The notes beneath the pieces are model-generated. The model was given only the letters and a program-made list of their open reading frames with translations, did no database searches and was not told where the DNA came from. From positions 26,102,001 through 26,166,000 of the forward strand of contig NC_043001.1 of the NCBI RefSeq assembly GCF_006345805.1: a stretch of 64,000 nt of DNA, given 5' to 3'. The DNA comes from Octopus sinensis (taxonomy: Eukaryota). Of the stretch, positions 1-11,890 are shown piece after piece (position 1 is the stretch's first letter; each line of letters begins with the position of its first letter). The position numbers were made by a program, and so were the translations under genes.

Positions 1-606
1 GGCGGACAGATGGATATATACATACTGGTTTCTATTTATTTCCTATGCATTTTAAATTGGAAAAAAAAACTATAATTTAGGGGTTTTCTAAAGAAGTCAA
101 CATAAAATAAAATTAACTATATAATAATAGAATACAAATGAGGCTGGAAAAGAAATAAGAGGAAACAAAGGAAATAAAGAAAGAGAAAAAGTATACATGA
201 ACAAGAAAAATATAAAAAATAAAAATTTCCACTAAATTGCATTGATAAAGTTTGATAAAAATTATTTTTTTGTTTTATAGTGTGGAAAACAGAAATCTAT
301 AAAACCGAAATGTATTTAGTAGAAATACTAAAGACTTTGTAAAATAAAGATTTATTGTATTGGCATAAGGCCACAATTCTTAAGGGAGAAAAGGTAACAG
401 TGTAGTACAATCAACTATCACTCATGAGTGACTGTGGCTTGGTAACATGTACCATGCTTCTATGAATTCTTTTAAGTGCCTCTGTTGTCATGAGCAGACA
501 TAGACATCACTTTGGTCCCCTTTGTCATTAACACAATGGTATGTTCAAGATATATATACTAGCTCCTATTTGGAACATATTGCAGCTGAGTAGGGTAGAA
601 AAATGA

Positions 607-716
607 GAAATGAAGTATCTGGTTCTAGAACACAATGCACTACTTGGTCTAGGAACTGAACCAAAACCTCATGATTATGAACTGGATCTCATAACCACTG
701 GACCACATGCCTTCAC
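607..716 (-). mobile_element. SINE-C tRNA-like head, degenerate fragment
   Basis: Aligns by eye to the head portion of the 59596-59850 copy (aaatgaagtat..gctcaa..aacacaacgc...accactaagccacacgcctccac). Confidence 0.6.
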
Positions 717-804
717 AAGGAAAGGTAACAGATTAAATCACTCAGATAATATGACAGGGTTTTTCATTTTTATACACACATGCACACATATACATATATA
801 GAAT

Positions 805-968
805 GGCCTTCTTTCAGTTTCTATCCACCAAATCTATTTGTAAAGCTTTGGTAGGCCTGAGGTAATAGTAAAAAGAAAAAAACACTTGTTCAAGGTGCTT
901 TACAGTGAGGTTGAACACAAAACCATGCAGTTAGGAAGTGAACTTCTTAACAACAAAGCCATGCCTGT
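805..968 (-). mobile_element. SINE-A head/5' half, degenerate
   Basis: cttctttcagttt..accaaatc...caaggtg...aaccatg.. matches the 5' half of the full copy at 11891-12300. Confidence 0.7.
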
Positions 969-971
969 GAG

Positions 972-1009
972 TACATACATACATACATACACATACATAC
1001 ATACATAAA

Positions 1010-1040
<31 letters not shown>

Positions 1041-1215
1041 GTACACACATACATACATATGTACACACATACATACATACATACACACATATACATACAT
1101 ACATGCATACATATACATACATACCTACATACATACAAGCATGCATACATACAAGTACACACACATACACACACACATATATATATATAGTTTACAATCA
1201 ATATGTATGTATGTC

Positions 1216-1246
<31 letters not shown>

Positions 1247-1265
1247 GTATGTGTATATATATATA
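972..1265. repeat. Compound microsatellite (TACA)n/(CA)n/(TA)n/(TATC)n
   Basis: Directly visible; source of several spurious ORFs. Confidence 0.95.
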
Positions 1266-1529
1266 TGGTTGGATTGTTTACGTAACAAAATATATCAACA
1301 ACTTCTATGGAGCCTTCTAAGCTTTGGAAAGAATTATTTTATTGGTGCTATGACTGCTAGCTATTCCTGTACATCTGACACATACAAAGTCTTTATTCAC
1401 TTTCAGCTTGCTTGTGATCCCATACACCTATTGTGCACGTATAGTTCACACCGGAGTTTTTACCTATTTCTTTACTGCATAATGAACACAACTTTTTTTT
1501 TCATACATGTATGTATATTTGGGATGGCA

Positions 1530-1668
1530 GCTTAGGCAATACTGTCGACTCTGAAAGGATGAAAGGGAGAGTTGACTGCATTGAGATTTGAACATAGAAC
1601 ATAAAGAGCCAGAAAAAAAATACCGCAAGGCTTTTTTTTCTGACACTCCAGCAATTCTGCCAATCCAC
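1530..1668 (-). mobile_element. SINE-B degenerate copy
   Basis: gaaaggatgaaag..gttgac...atttgaac...aattctgccaatccac is the reverse complement of the family seen intact at 56485-56722. Confidence 0.65.
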
Positions 1669-2142
1669 TTCTCTTGTTGTTGTTGATGATAATAATGATG
1701 ATGATGATCTAGACATGTCTTTCTCTTCCATTACAGGTGTGGTAGCTAGGACTTGCAGTAGTAATAGGGGTTATTGAGAAGATTTTCTACAGACTTGTCA
1801 CTAACAACAATTTTAAGCTGCATTCCACTTTGAACAACAATGAATAAGGAATAATAATTAGCTAGGAATTTCATGAATTCCACCTTACAAAATCTCTCTC
1901 TAATGGAAAGGCATAGGAAGAGTGGAGGCGGCGGGGGAGGGGGGGAATGTTGTATTATTATTTTAAATATAGAAAACATTGGAAAAAGGGCTGTGGGGGT
2001 GGGGTGGGGATCGAGATGTGAGTGGAGAGAAAGTTTTCAACCACTGTTATCAGTCAGTCTCTGTTATTTGTTAGGTGCCTGCTATTTAAAGCAAACAAAC
2101 AACAAAACATAATTCCATAACAATCATGGCTTACAGTGAGTC

Positions 2143-2329
2143 ATAGATATAGTAAATAAATAAATAAATAAATAAATAAACAAACAAACAAATAAATAAA
2201 TAATTTGTGTCTGGTTTAGAAATTCTGGACAACTGAGCAAGAGCATGTACAGTGTAAGCATAATTGGAAAATTCTACATAATCAAGATTTTCCCCACCAA
2301 AAAAAGTACACACTATATATATATATATA

Positions 2330-2362
<33 letters not shown>

Positions 2363-2437
2363 TATATATATACACACACATACACACACATATATATACA
2401 CAATTGCAGTTGCTGTCATTACTGCAGCAGCCACTAT

Positions 2438-2469
<32 letters not shown>

Positions 2470-2472
2470 TCA
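2143..2472. repeat. Microsatellite cluster (TAAA)n, (TA)n/(CA)n, (CAC)n/(CAT)n
   Basis: Directly visible. Confidence 0.9.
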
Positions 2473-2581
2473 TTTCTACATCTGTTTCTCCCTACTAGTC
2501 TCAGTTGGATGGAATGATTTTAGGCAGTGTTTTATGGTTGAATGTCCTCTCTTACACACACAGTATTCATCATCATCATAT

Positions 2582-2810
<229 letters not shown>

Positions 2811-3004
2811 AAACAAGTATGTACATATATAAAATATGATAAAATTCAAGCAGACTTCATAATAATTGATGAATTAGTCCATTTTGACAATTTCATCTGG
2901 ACTACAATATTCTTATAACAAATACCAAACATCTTTCTGGGATTCCAAGCAACAAATAATCAAAATAATCAACAGTGTATTGATGATTTCATGTTCCTCT
3001 TCAA

Positions 3005-3329
3005 GACCCTAAGTGCCAGTCATTTCAATGGTACCAGCCTACTAGCACTCTTATATGCAAGTGAGATGTGGATTACGATATAGAAACAAAGAATATCAAT
3101 TGTCTATGACATAAAAGGCCATGGAAAGATCCATACTGGGAATATCATTGTGAGAGCATATCTGAAATGAGGTCATTCAAGAATGGAGCAGAATGAATGA
3201 TGTGATCACAGAGTATTGAAAAGCACAAGTTCTGCTGGGCAGGGCATATCACTGGGCTCACTGATAACAAATGGACCTATGTAGTTGCTGAGTTTTGTCC
3301 AAGAAATCAGAAAAGGCCGTTCAGAAGAC

Positions 3330-3360
<31 letters not shown>

Positions 3361-3887
3361 GTTTAACATCCGCTTTCCATGCTAGCATGGGTTGGATGAT
3401 TTTGACTTAGGGCTGGTGAACCAGACGGCTGCACCAGGCTCCAATCTGATCTGGCAGAGTTTCTAGAGCTGGATGCCCTTCCTAGTGCCAACCACTTCGA
3501 GAGTGTAGTGAGTTCTTTTTATGTGCCACAGATAATGGCCTCACTTGAATCTTTTTACACATGCCACCGGCACAGGTGCCAGTCAGCTGATGTTATATAT
3601 ATATATATATATTTAAAGACATATAACTACACATGTACACATGCATTCTCACATGCACACATGTATGTACATATTTATAAACTACAAATGATCGTGATAT
3701 CTGAGACAATAAAAATTTGCCAAACTTTCTTAAGATTAAGATTCCATAAGAATGAGAAAATGATTTAGTCAAATGATTTGGACCAAGATGAAGATAAAGT
3801 GCACAATCAAGAAAGAATTGGTGCATTGTAACCAGTGTTGTATACCAACATCTGATAGTCTGGCCAATACAAGTGATACAAGTGATA
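3005..3887 (+). mobile_element. RTE-clade LINE 3' remnant (RT C-terminus), interrupted at about 3333-3743 by a younger RTE tail and (TA)n-rich DNA
   Basis: Manual translation with stops/frameshifts: LLYASEMW...KAMERSILGISL*EHI*NEVIQEWSRMNDVITEY...KFCWAGHITGLTDNKWTYVVAEFCPRNQKRPFRRP; resumes at 3744 and ends in (CAAGTGATA)2. A sister copy lies at 40790-41080. Confidence 0.85.
3333..3590 (-). mobile_element. RTE 3'-UTR tail repeat (R family)
   Basis: (CAT)n-cgtttaacatccgctttccatgctagcatgggttgg...ggatgcccttcctagtgccaaccac, shared with more than 10 copies in the window. Confidence 0.9.
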
Positions 3888-4251
3888 TTGATGCATGCAC
3901 TGTTATCTTCTGTCTCACAAGGGAAATCTTATGATATTCATCATACTGTATAGGTTTAGATTTTTAATACTAACTGGTCATAGATAAAGAAACTAAAAGT
4001 TACCATGAGACAAACATTTTATGGATGAGGTTCACTATGATTAAAAATTAAGAAAAAAATATTATCAGGTGTTTAAATGCTCAAAGTATTTTATGTTAAG
4101 CTTTCTTGCTCACACACACACACCTGTAAACAGGTATGTACAATATTCATTATCCATTTAGAAACCTATTAATGTTAACATCCCAATAAAAAAAAAACAT
4201 TGTAAATATTTCAACAATTTAATAGAAACCTAAATCTAACAGAACATGTGT

Positions 4252-4547
4252 GTGGAGGCATGTGATCTAGTGGTTAGAGCAGCGGACTCGCGGTCAAGGG
4301 ATTGCGGGTTCAAATCTCAGACCGGGCGATGTGTGTGTTTATGAGCGAAACACCTAAGCTCTATGTGGCTCCGGCAGAAGATAATGGCAAACTTCTGCTG
4401 ACTTTTTCGCCGCAACTTTCTCTCACTCTTTCCTCCTGCATCTTGCAGCTCACCTGTGACGGACCGGCGTCCCATCCAGGTGGGGAACCTATATGCCAAG
4501 GAAACCAGCCCTTATGAGCCAGGCATGGCTCGAGAAGGAACAAACAA
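4252..4547 (+). mobile_element. SINE-C1, full length, tRNA-derived head
   Basis: A-box-like tgatctagtgg, B-box-like gggttcaaatctc, (AAC/AAAC)n tail; high similarity to 54075-54378; imperfect TSD aaca(g/a)aacatgt. Confidence 0.9.
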
Positions 4548-4789
4548 AACAAAACATGTAATTAGCATCAGTCCCTGCTTTCTTTCTTTCTTTCTTTCCT
4601 TGTTTCTTTAAATGGCTTAATCAGAGAAGAAAAGGTAACACTTGTAGACCTTTTGAAAGCCTCTGAGACTGGTAGGAGCATGTGAAGAAGTTATTCTCAG
4701 GTTGGAGATCTGGCCTGAGTATGAAACAAAGGACCAGATGGTGGAATTAAACTGAAAGATGGATTAAGCCTATCATCCAGGAACAGGAA

Positions 4790-4955
4790 TCAGTGGGCTT
4801 CCAACACTTTCTGTCCTATTAAATTTCACTCACTAGACTTCACTCAACCTAAAGCTATGGGAGAAGATTCTTGTCCAAGATGTTGTACAGTGGAATCAAA
4901 CCTACGACATACAGTTGTGAAACAAACTTCTTAACCACATGACCATGCCTGCAAG
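4790..4955 (-). mobile_element. SINE-A head, degenerate
   Basis: aaatttcactcac..cttgtccaagatgttgtacagtggaatcaaacc..cttcttaaccacatgaccatgcctgca matches the SINE-A 5' half. Confidence 0.65.
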
Positions 4956-5474
4956 AATTAAATATCTAATACGACTATTAAGTATACAATATCGTTTATT
5001 TAAAAAAAAAAATTGACAGTCATTAAAACTTCTTATAAAACTGTAAGAACCAATTATTTCTGAGAAATAAAACTTACAACTAACTCGAAATAATTCTGGA
5101 GTTTCTAACTCAAATTTAAAGTTTATTTTTGTTTGGATTAGACTAAAACATCTCCAGGGAAATCTCTTTGAAAATGAAATAGTTGAAATATTTACAACAG
5201 ACTGATTTGTTGGTAGGTTTACATTATACAACTATAGGAAATCTAATTTTATTTTTTTTTATTGTTTTGTTACTCTGACATTAAAGCTAAATCATAAGAA
5301 ATCTTTTAAAATGAGATAGCTGAGGAATTGTCAAGATAGTATTTGTTAGTTGTCAACTTGTTTTCTTCAATTAACCATTCTGAATCCTTTAAAATAGAGA
5401 AACCCACCAAGAGTAAGCAATACTTCCAGATAAATAAATAAATAAGCAGGAAAGATAAGAAAATAAGGACTTAC

Positions 5475-5501
5475 CAAACAAATTTTCAAAATATCACTTA
5501 C
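5475..5501 (-). other. Candidate 27-nt microexon / recursive-splice exon of an unidentified minus-strand gene (phase-0 peptide VSDILKICL)
   Basis: Minus strand: CTAAT branch motif (5532-5528), 24-nt near-pure pyrimidine tract, TAG | GTAAGTGATATTTTGAAAATTTGTTTG | GTAAGT. Only phase 0 is stop-free. Confidence 0.5.
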
Positions 5502-5789
5502 CTAAAATAAGAGAAATAAAGAAACAAATTAGAAGAGTAATTTGGTTTTCACACAGGATTAGATGTAGTGTGGAATTTGTTTATGAAAAAATTTAATTAA
5601 AGTTTTAGACGAACAAATTAGCAGATGACACGATTAGATAGTAAATATAAAATAGCTTAGAAGACAGAAGAACACGGCTACAATATCCATAACAAGAGGA
5701 ATTCTGAAACAAAAATATTTTACTATTTGATCAGGGGAAAAGACAGACAAAGATTATCTGCTTTGTTAAATTAGTTTCCTTTAAAATAG

Positions 5790-5809
5790 TAATAATAATA
5801 ATAATAATC

Positions 5810-5845
<36 letters not shown>
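5790..5845. repeat. (AAT)n microsatellite
   Basis: Directly visible. Confidence 0.95.
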
Positions 5846-5846
<1 letters not shown>

Positions 5847-5884
5847 GTCAATGTCAACCCATTGCAATAAAGCATGTAATAATG

Positions 5885-6420
5885 ATAATCCTTTCTACTA
5901 TAGGCACAAGGCCTGAAATTTGGGGGAGGGGGTATCGATTACATTGACCCCAGTGCTCAACTGATACTAAATTTATTGACCTTGAAAGGATGAAAAGAAA
6001 GCTGACCTCAGCAGAATTTGAACTCAGAACATAAAAACAGAAATGCCGCTAAGCATTTCACCTGGCATGCTAATGATTCTGCCAGCTTGCTGCCTTTTAT
6101 GGTTTCAAATTTTGGCAAAAGACCAGCATGTTTGGGGGAGGCGCTTAGTCAATTACATCGACCCCAGTACTCACTGGTACTTATTTTACTGACCCCAAAA
6201 CGATGAAAGGCAAAGTTAACTTCAGCAGAATTTGAACTCAGAAATGTCCAGCATGCTAACAATTTTGTCAGCTCATTAATAATCTTTTTTATGATAGGCA
6301 GAGAGGAGGCTAGTCAATTATATTTACCCCAGGGTTCAACTGGTACTTATTACACTGACACTGAACAGATGAAAATGGAACATAAAGAGCTAGAAGAAAT
6401 GCAGTTAAGCATTTTGTTCA
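5885..6420 (-). mobile_element. Three head-to-tail SINE-B copies (about 5885-6093, 6097-6275, 6280-6420)
   Basis: The gtc(a/g)attacat(c/t)gaccccag...ggtacttat...gatgaaa...gaatttgaactcag module recurs three times in the same orientation. Confidence 0.85.
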
Positions 6421-6654
6421 AAGCTTATTGTGTACAGTAGTCAGGTGCATTACATTTCATGAGAAAAAAAAGGTTAAAAGAGGGTACAAAATGCAGCAAT
6501 ATGTAAAGAAAGAAGGCACTGATAGCCAAAACTGCAAGCATATGTTATAGAATATATATGCTACTTCCAGCAATCCCTTTGAAGAGAACTTTGATAAAAT
6601 TATTTATTAAAATAGAGGCTAAAGCACAAAAGAATGGAGCATGTTAAGGTACAT

Positions 6655-6800
6655 CAAGAGTAGTGTTGGTGAATTTCAGGAAGCTTGGAAGTTTTGATGA
6701 ATAAAGTGTCCTGAGAACTAGCAATTGACATGAGTGGTTCATTCCTTACGGCAACAGTTCTGAGCACAAGAAAGGGTTTTTGGAAGTCATAGATACTGTA
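6655..6800 (-). mobile_element. CR1/L2-like LINE 3' fragment
   Basis: caggaagcttggaagttttga...ttccttacggcaacagttctgagc..gaaagggtttttggaagtcat resembles 41750-41880. Confidence 0.6.
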
Positions 6801-7094
6801 CTGATTTTTGATTTCATAAGCATGTCGAGCTTATAGTATCAATACTTCACATGCAACTTCTTATAAACTTGAGTTTTTTTTTCCAGCTTGTATCTCTGAA
6901 GTCAGGATTTATTGAAAGCAAAAAATCAAAAAGTTTATTGGTCAAGTACACTCCCAATAAATATTCTGCAAACAGTTTCCAAGACAATCTATCGAAATCA
7001 ATGAAAATTGATTGATAATGACTGGAAAATTATCAACTTGATAATTAAAGGAAAAAAAAAAAGACTATTTTCAATAATGGTATTTTCAAATCAA

Positions 7095-7480
7095 CCTTTA
7101 AATGTTCACTCTAACTGCATCCCAGGTTTTCATAGTTGGCCTACCATGTTGTACTTTCTTCCAGAATATATCATCTAATTATATTACAAGTCCATACCAA
7201 CCACCTTGGCCAATACTTTCAATACCCAGTTATTTTCTCAACTCATTTTCACTGAAACTTTCACTCAAGTTGTCATTATATATATCTAGCAGACGCTACA
7301 CAAATCATTCCAACTCCAATTTTAGGAGACTTTCTGAAATTGTAACCTATTTCCATTACTAATTATATATTCTACTTTAATCTGGAGAGAGAATCCCTAG
7401 ATGCTATTAGAGGCTGTAATTTTCTAAATTTCTAGCCAACATGAAACCTAGATATTAAGCTATAACTCGCTATCACTGGA
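7095..7480 (-). mobile_element. RTE-clade RT C-terminal remnant, highly decayed
   Basis: The reverse strand reads approximately G.RKFRKLQPLIASRDSL...ENELRK*LGIESIG..WYGLV...GRPTMKTWDAV, homologous to 17830-18305 and 26640-26950. Confidence 0.6.
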
Positions 7481-7834
7481 ACAAATTGTGCCATTTAGGT
7501 TATAGAATATATACGCTACTTCCAGTAATCTCTTTGAAGAGAACTTTGATAATTAAAACCATTTATTACATAAACTTAATTAAATAAATATATAGAATGG
7601 TGAAATTGACAAGATGAATTTTCAAAATCTATTTATCTAAGAATGATTTTTTCAAAGTAGAAAACTATATTAATAATATGCCTTGCCTTACGCCTTCAAC
7701 TTGTTGATGGAGTAGTAAGGATATTGTCATGATGTATGACATCTTAGATATTTTTTCTTTAATTCAGAAAGCCCATTCCTCTCCAGGTCTGACTACAGCT
7801 GATTTCTTCCAGAAGAGAAGAAAAGAAGAACCAA

Positions 7835-7985
7835 CCCCAGTACATGACTGGTACTTTATATATCAACCCTGAAATCATGAATGGCAAAGTTGACCTCGGT
7901 GGAATTTGAACTCAGAGCACAGAGAGCCAGAATGATAACCACAAAACAAGCTACCCAGAGCTTTAATGACAGTCTATCAGCCACC
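7835..7985 (-). mobile_element. SINE-B copy
   Basis: ccccagtacatgactggtacttta...ggcaaagttgacctcggtggaatttgaactcagagc. Confidence 0.8.
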
Positions 7986-7997
7986 ATATCAATATAC

Positions 7998-7998
7998 A

Positions 7999-8029
<31 letters not shown>

Positions 8030-8094
8030 TGTGTGTGTGTGGTGTGTGTGTGTGTGTGTGTGTGCATGTATGTATATATATATATATATGTATG

Positions 8095-8142
<48 letters not shown>

Positions 8143-8160
8143 ATATATATGTAATATATG
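7998..8160. repeat. (TG)n/(TA)n microsatellite
   Basis: Directly visible. Confidence 0.95.
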
Positions 8161-8959
8161 TATGTGTACTTTCTGCATTTATTTTTCTTTTTAAGATAGA
8201 TGTCGCTACATAAGAGAAATTTATGTCAATGTTTAACTTCTCAGAATAAAAAGAAATTTTACAATTATGAAATTCAAAGGAAAGTTCCTAGGTCATCTAA
8301 TAGCCTAAGTTACAAAGACTGTTGCTACTCTCTCATTTTCTCTCTCTCTCTCTCTTGTCTTTCCTCTCTCTCTCTCTCTCTTTCTTTTTTCTCTCCTTTT
8401 TAATTACTAATGCTTTAACCCAGAACATAAACACTTTAATAATAAATGAAGATATAACACTTTTCAGAGGTCAATAAAGAAACTCACTTTGGTGTTTTTA
8501 GTAATACTTTATAAACGGGTAAAAATTTTTTAAAAAAATGTAAACAGATTTCAAAATATCTCTTTAACGATGTTAGATAACAAAAAACAAAAATAAAAGA
8601 AAAACGAAAAACAAAAAAAAATCAACAGAAGATATAGTTTGCTTTTTAGAAAACCACTTAATCGACAAATTACTTTAACAGTGTGTGTATGTAGAGGAGG
8701 AGATGCAAATGGAAGAAGGGAAATCATTTAACTAGTATAACTTGGTGAAATTATATCAAGGATGTGTTTCTATAACTTCTGAGACTGAAGACATACATAC
8801 TAAAATCACTGATTGAAAAACTGACATAATTTTCATTAAAGTGAAGTTGAACTTGCTGCTTTAACTATTGCAACGTCGGAACTTGTAAGAGTCACAGTTG
8901 AAACTTAATAGATAAATGCACATCACATAGCGTCTGAAGCAGTCAAAGAACACATGATA

Positions 8960-9030
8960 GTTGGTGATGGTGATGATGATGGTGGTGATGGTGGTGATAG
9001 TGGTGGTGGAGGTGATGGTAGTGGCGGTGA
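8960..9030. repeat. (GGT/GAT)n trinucleotide microsatellite
   Basis: Directly visible. Confidence 0.9.
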
Positions 9031-10214
9031 ATATTAATGATATGAACACTGTATTAAGTTGTAAACAGAGCGTTCTTTTGATTAATTACATAAAAAAAAT
9101 TTTTTTTCCCTCTTCTGAAAAGTTCATTCAATGTCTTCTAAGATTTGTGCAGAAAACAAAACAAAACAAAACAAAAAACAAAACAAGAAAAAAACAAAAA
9201 GATTTATTTACAGAACCATCAATTCAAAGATAAAGAAAAGAAAAGAAAAAAAGGAAGGTAGGGGAAAAAGCATGAGCTGAAATGTTGAAATGTTTCATTT
9301 TCAGAGTTCATAAATCTAAATATGGATTGAAAATAAATGACTGGAACATCAGGAAATAAAAAGGTCATAATAAAATACACAATGTTGTAATTATTTAATG
9401 CTAAAACACTATAAATATTCACTAGTCTTTATAACTATTAATTGAAAAGAAGTTCGTTTGGAAAATGAAGTGATCTCTACTAAATGCAAAGTAATTTCAT
9501 CATGTTTGCAGGAAAGAGAGGAAGCAGGAAGAGAGGAAGGAAGAAGAGAAGGTAAGATAGAAGGAGAGATGGGGAGAGGGATTGCCTGTGAGCTTGTGAT
9601 GGCATGAGCGTGTGCATGTGTGTGTCTGGGGGAGGGAGGGCAAGTCATTATAAAATAATGGCTAAGATTTTAATACAAAAGACATTATAAGCACTGATCA
9701 TGGCCAAATAATGTAGAGGCCAGCCAACATGACTTGAACTGCATATCTATCATATTCCAGGTAACTGTACTCACAATGTCTAACATAATCTAAGTTAAAG
9801 TGTTAGCCATTTATTAATAATCACTCATATTCTTGGGAGTTAATTCTTGTTATAAATATTGAACGGCCATATGTGATACTTGTCTGTGAGAAAGGGTAGC
9901 AGAATAATGACCTATCGAAGTGGCTGACAAATTATCTGCCAAACGAATGGGATATTTGAAGAGATAAAGGTGTTAGTTTATACCATAAACCATTTGTAGC
10001 TAAATTTGACAGAAGAAAGTGGTTAAGTGCTGTCTATAATCACAAACACAGTAGGCTTGGATATGATAGATACAAATTTTAAGTCCTGTTAAAGATCCAG
10101 ATGTCCTTCACCAAATGAAGAACTACATTGGTCATAAAGACTACGACTCCAAAATGGAGTTATGTAGTCCTTAGAGGCCCATAGTAAAGAAACTGTAAAA
10201 TCTAATATAGGTGC

Positions 10215-10372
10215 AGGAGTGACTGTGTGGTAAGTAGCTTGCTTACCAACCACATGGTTCCAGGTTCAGTCCCACTGTGTGGCATCTTGGGCAAGTGTCT
10301 TTTGCTATAGCCTCAGACCGACCAATGCCTTGTGGGTGGATTTGATAGACGGAAACTGAAAGAAGCCTGTCG
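10215..10372 (+). mobile_element. SINE-A 5' half followed by (TA)n
   Basis: aggagtgactgtgtggtaagtagcttgcttaccaaccacatggttccaggttcagtcccactg...ggaaactgaaagaagcctgtcg. Confidence 0.92.
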
Positions 10373-10394
10373 TATATATGTGTGTGTATATATA

Positions 10395-10461
<67 letters not shown>

Positions 10462-10619
10462 TAAATACGACAGGCTTCTTTCAGTTTCCACATATATGTA
10501 TATATATATATATAACTATTTAGTCTTGTCACAGGCAACTGCTCTAAAGTTCTTAGTCTGATAAACTAATCCATGCTGTTAAATGGTTGGTGATAGGAAG
10601 GTACCCAACCATGTATGCA

Positions 10620-10862
10620 TCATCATAATCATCAGCAGCATCAACATTTAATGTCTGTTTTCCATGCTGGTATGGGTTGGATGGGTTGACAGGGACCGGC
10701 CAGGCCAAGAGCTGCACCAGGTCCCATTGCCTGCTCTGACATGGTTTCTATAGTTGGATACCCTTCTTAACACCAGCCACTCTATAGAGTGTACTGGGTG
10801 GTTTTTATGTAGCACCAATGCCATTGCTAATGCTTTTTTATGTGGCATCTTGGTTTCAGGAT
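10620..10862 (-). mobile_element. RTE 3' tail (R family)
   Basis: (CAT)-like start, tttaatgtctgttttccatgctggtatgggttgg...ggatacccttcttaacaccagccac. Confidence 0.85.
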
Positions 10863-11890
10863 CTCAAGCACCCACAAAAAAAAAAAATTGTGACATGTGC
10901 AAAAACAAATGTTGGTGATTTCTTTGCGTCTGTGCTTGGTAGATGATAAAAGACTGTTGACAAGTTGTAAGATGTTGTGAGACATGCCAGCACTGAAAAT
11001 TGGATGTTAAACGATGATGGTGATAATGGTGGTGGTGGTGGTGGTGGTGGTGGTGGCGGTGGTGTGGTTGCGGCACTTTTCAAATTTTCCGAAACCATGA
11101 ACAGCTTTGGTAATAAAACACTCAAGTAGAAGAAACCTTTTTAATTGAAAAGTACATTTCATCCGTTTAATTTTGGTAAGACTTTTATATAGAGAACTTC
11201 ATGAAATAAAATTCTTACTTTGACACATCAAAGACGTCTAGTGCTTGAACGGGAAAATGATTACTTCATGCCAGCAATGGAAAACTTGATAAAATATTTC
11301 GTAGGAGTAAGTGATTAACTCAGTTATAGCCACACTTCTCCAGCTTTTCTCTATACAGCAAGCAGCTTCTCAATCAGTCTGTTTTATTGATAAACTGTCA
11401 ATGTGTGGCAACTGTACACAAGATTAGCTAAGGAAAATATTATCCCTTGGGGCGAGTATTTGACTTCAACTGCTTAATTTGTTGGCTTATTCAATCTCTC
11501 TTGAAAACTTTAATAAAACAGTGAGGGTTGGGGGAGGCTACAGCTAAAGTACACATGGTTTATAAAGAGAAAAAATATGTATAGTTATAACTAATGAAAT
11601 ATATAGACATAGAACTATTTGCATAAGATTAAAAAAAGAGGAAAAAATATGCCATACGAAAATAAAAGAAATAAAATGAATCGAACAATGAAGCTGTCTA
11701 AGTGGGGGATATTAATTCACTATTTGATGTCAAAAGGTGAACACTATATAGAATTGAAGCAAGCCGAATCTATATCCCAGTTCTGATTACTGGCCATAGT
11801 CATATCTCTCTGCTTACACTAATGTTTTTGAAAAAGACATGAATGCCACAGAATCTTATTTTCCTTCTCCTCTAAGACTGAGGCTGCGTA

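Noticed and set aside
900-1535. Many overlapping 60-110 aa ORFs here and at 2131-2849, 7881-8213, 20729-21294, 24279-25662, 34186-34650
   Set aside because: All derive from di/tetranucleotide repeats (YI, CV, HT, LSIY).
4252-4325. tRNA genes at SINE heads (also 18449-18520, 54075-54145, 59775-59850)
   Set aside because: A/B boxes are present, but they run into SINE bodies with tails/TSDs and I cannot fold a full cloverleaf.
8861-8940. Possible minus-strand terminal exon after ttctttgactgcttcag
   Set aside because: Short unrecognisable peptide next to a microsatellite; no independent support.
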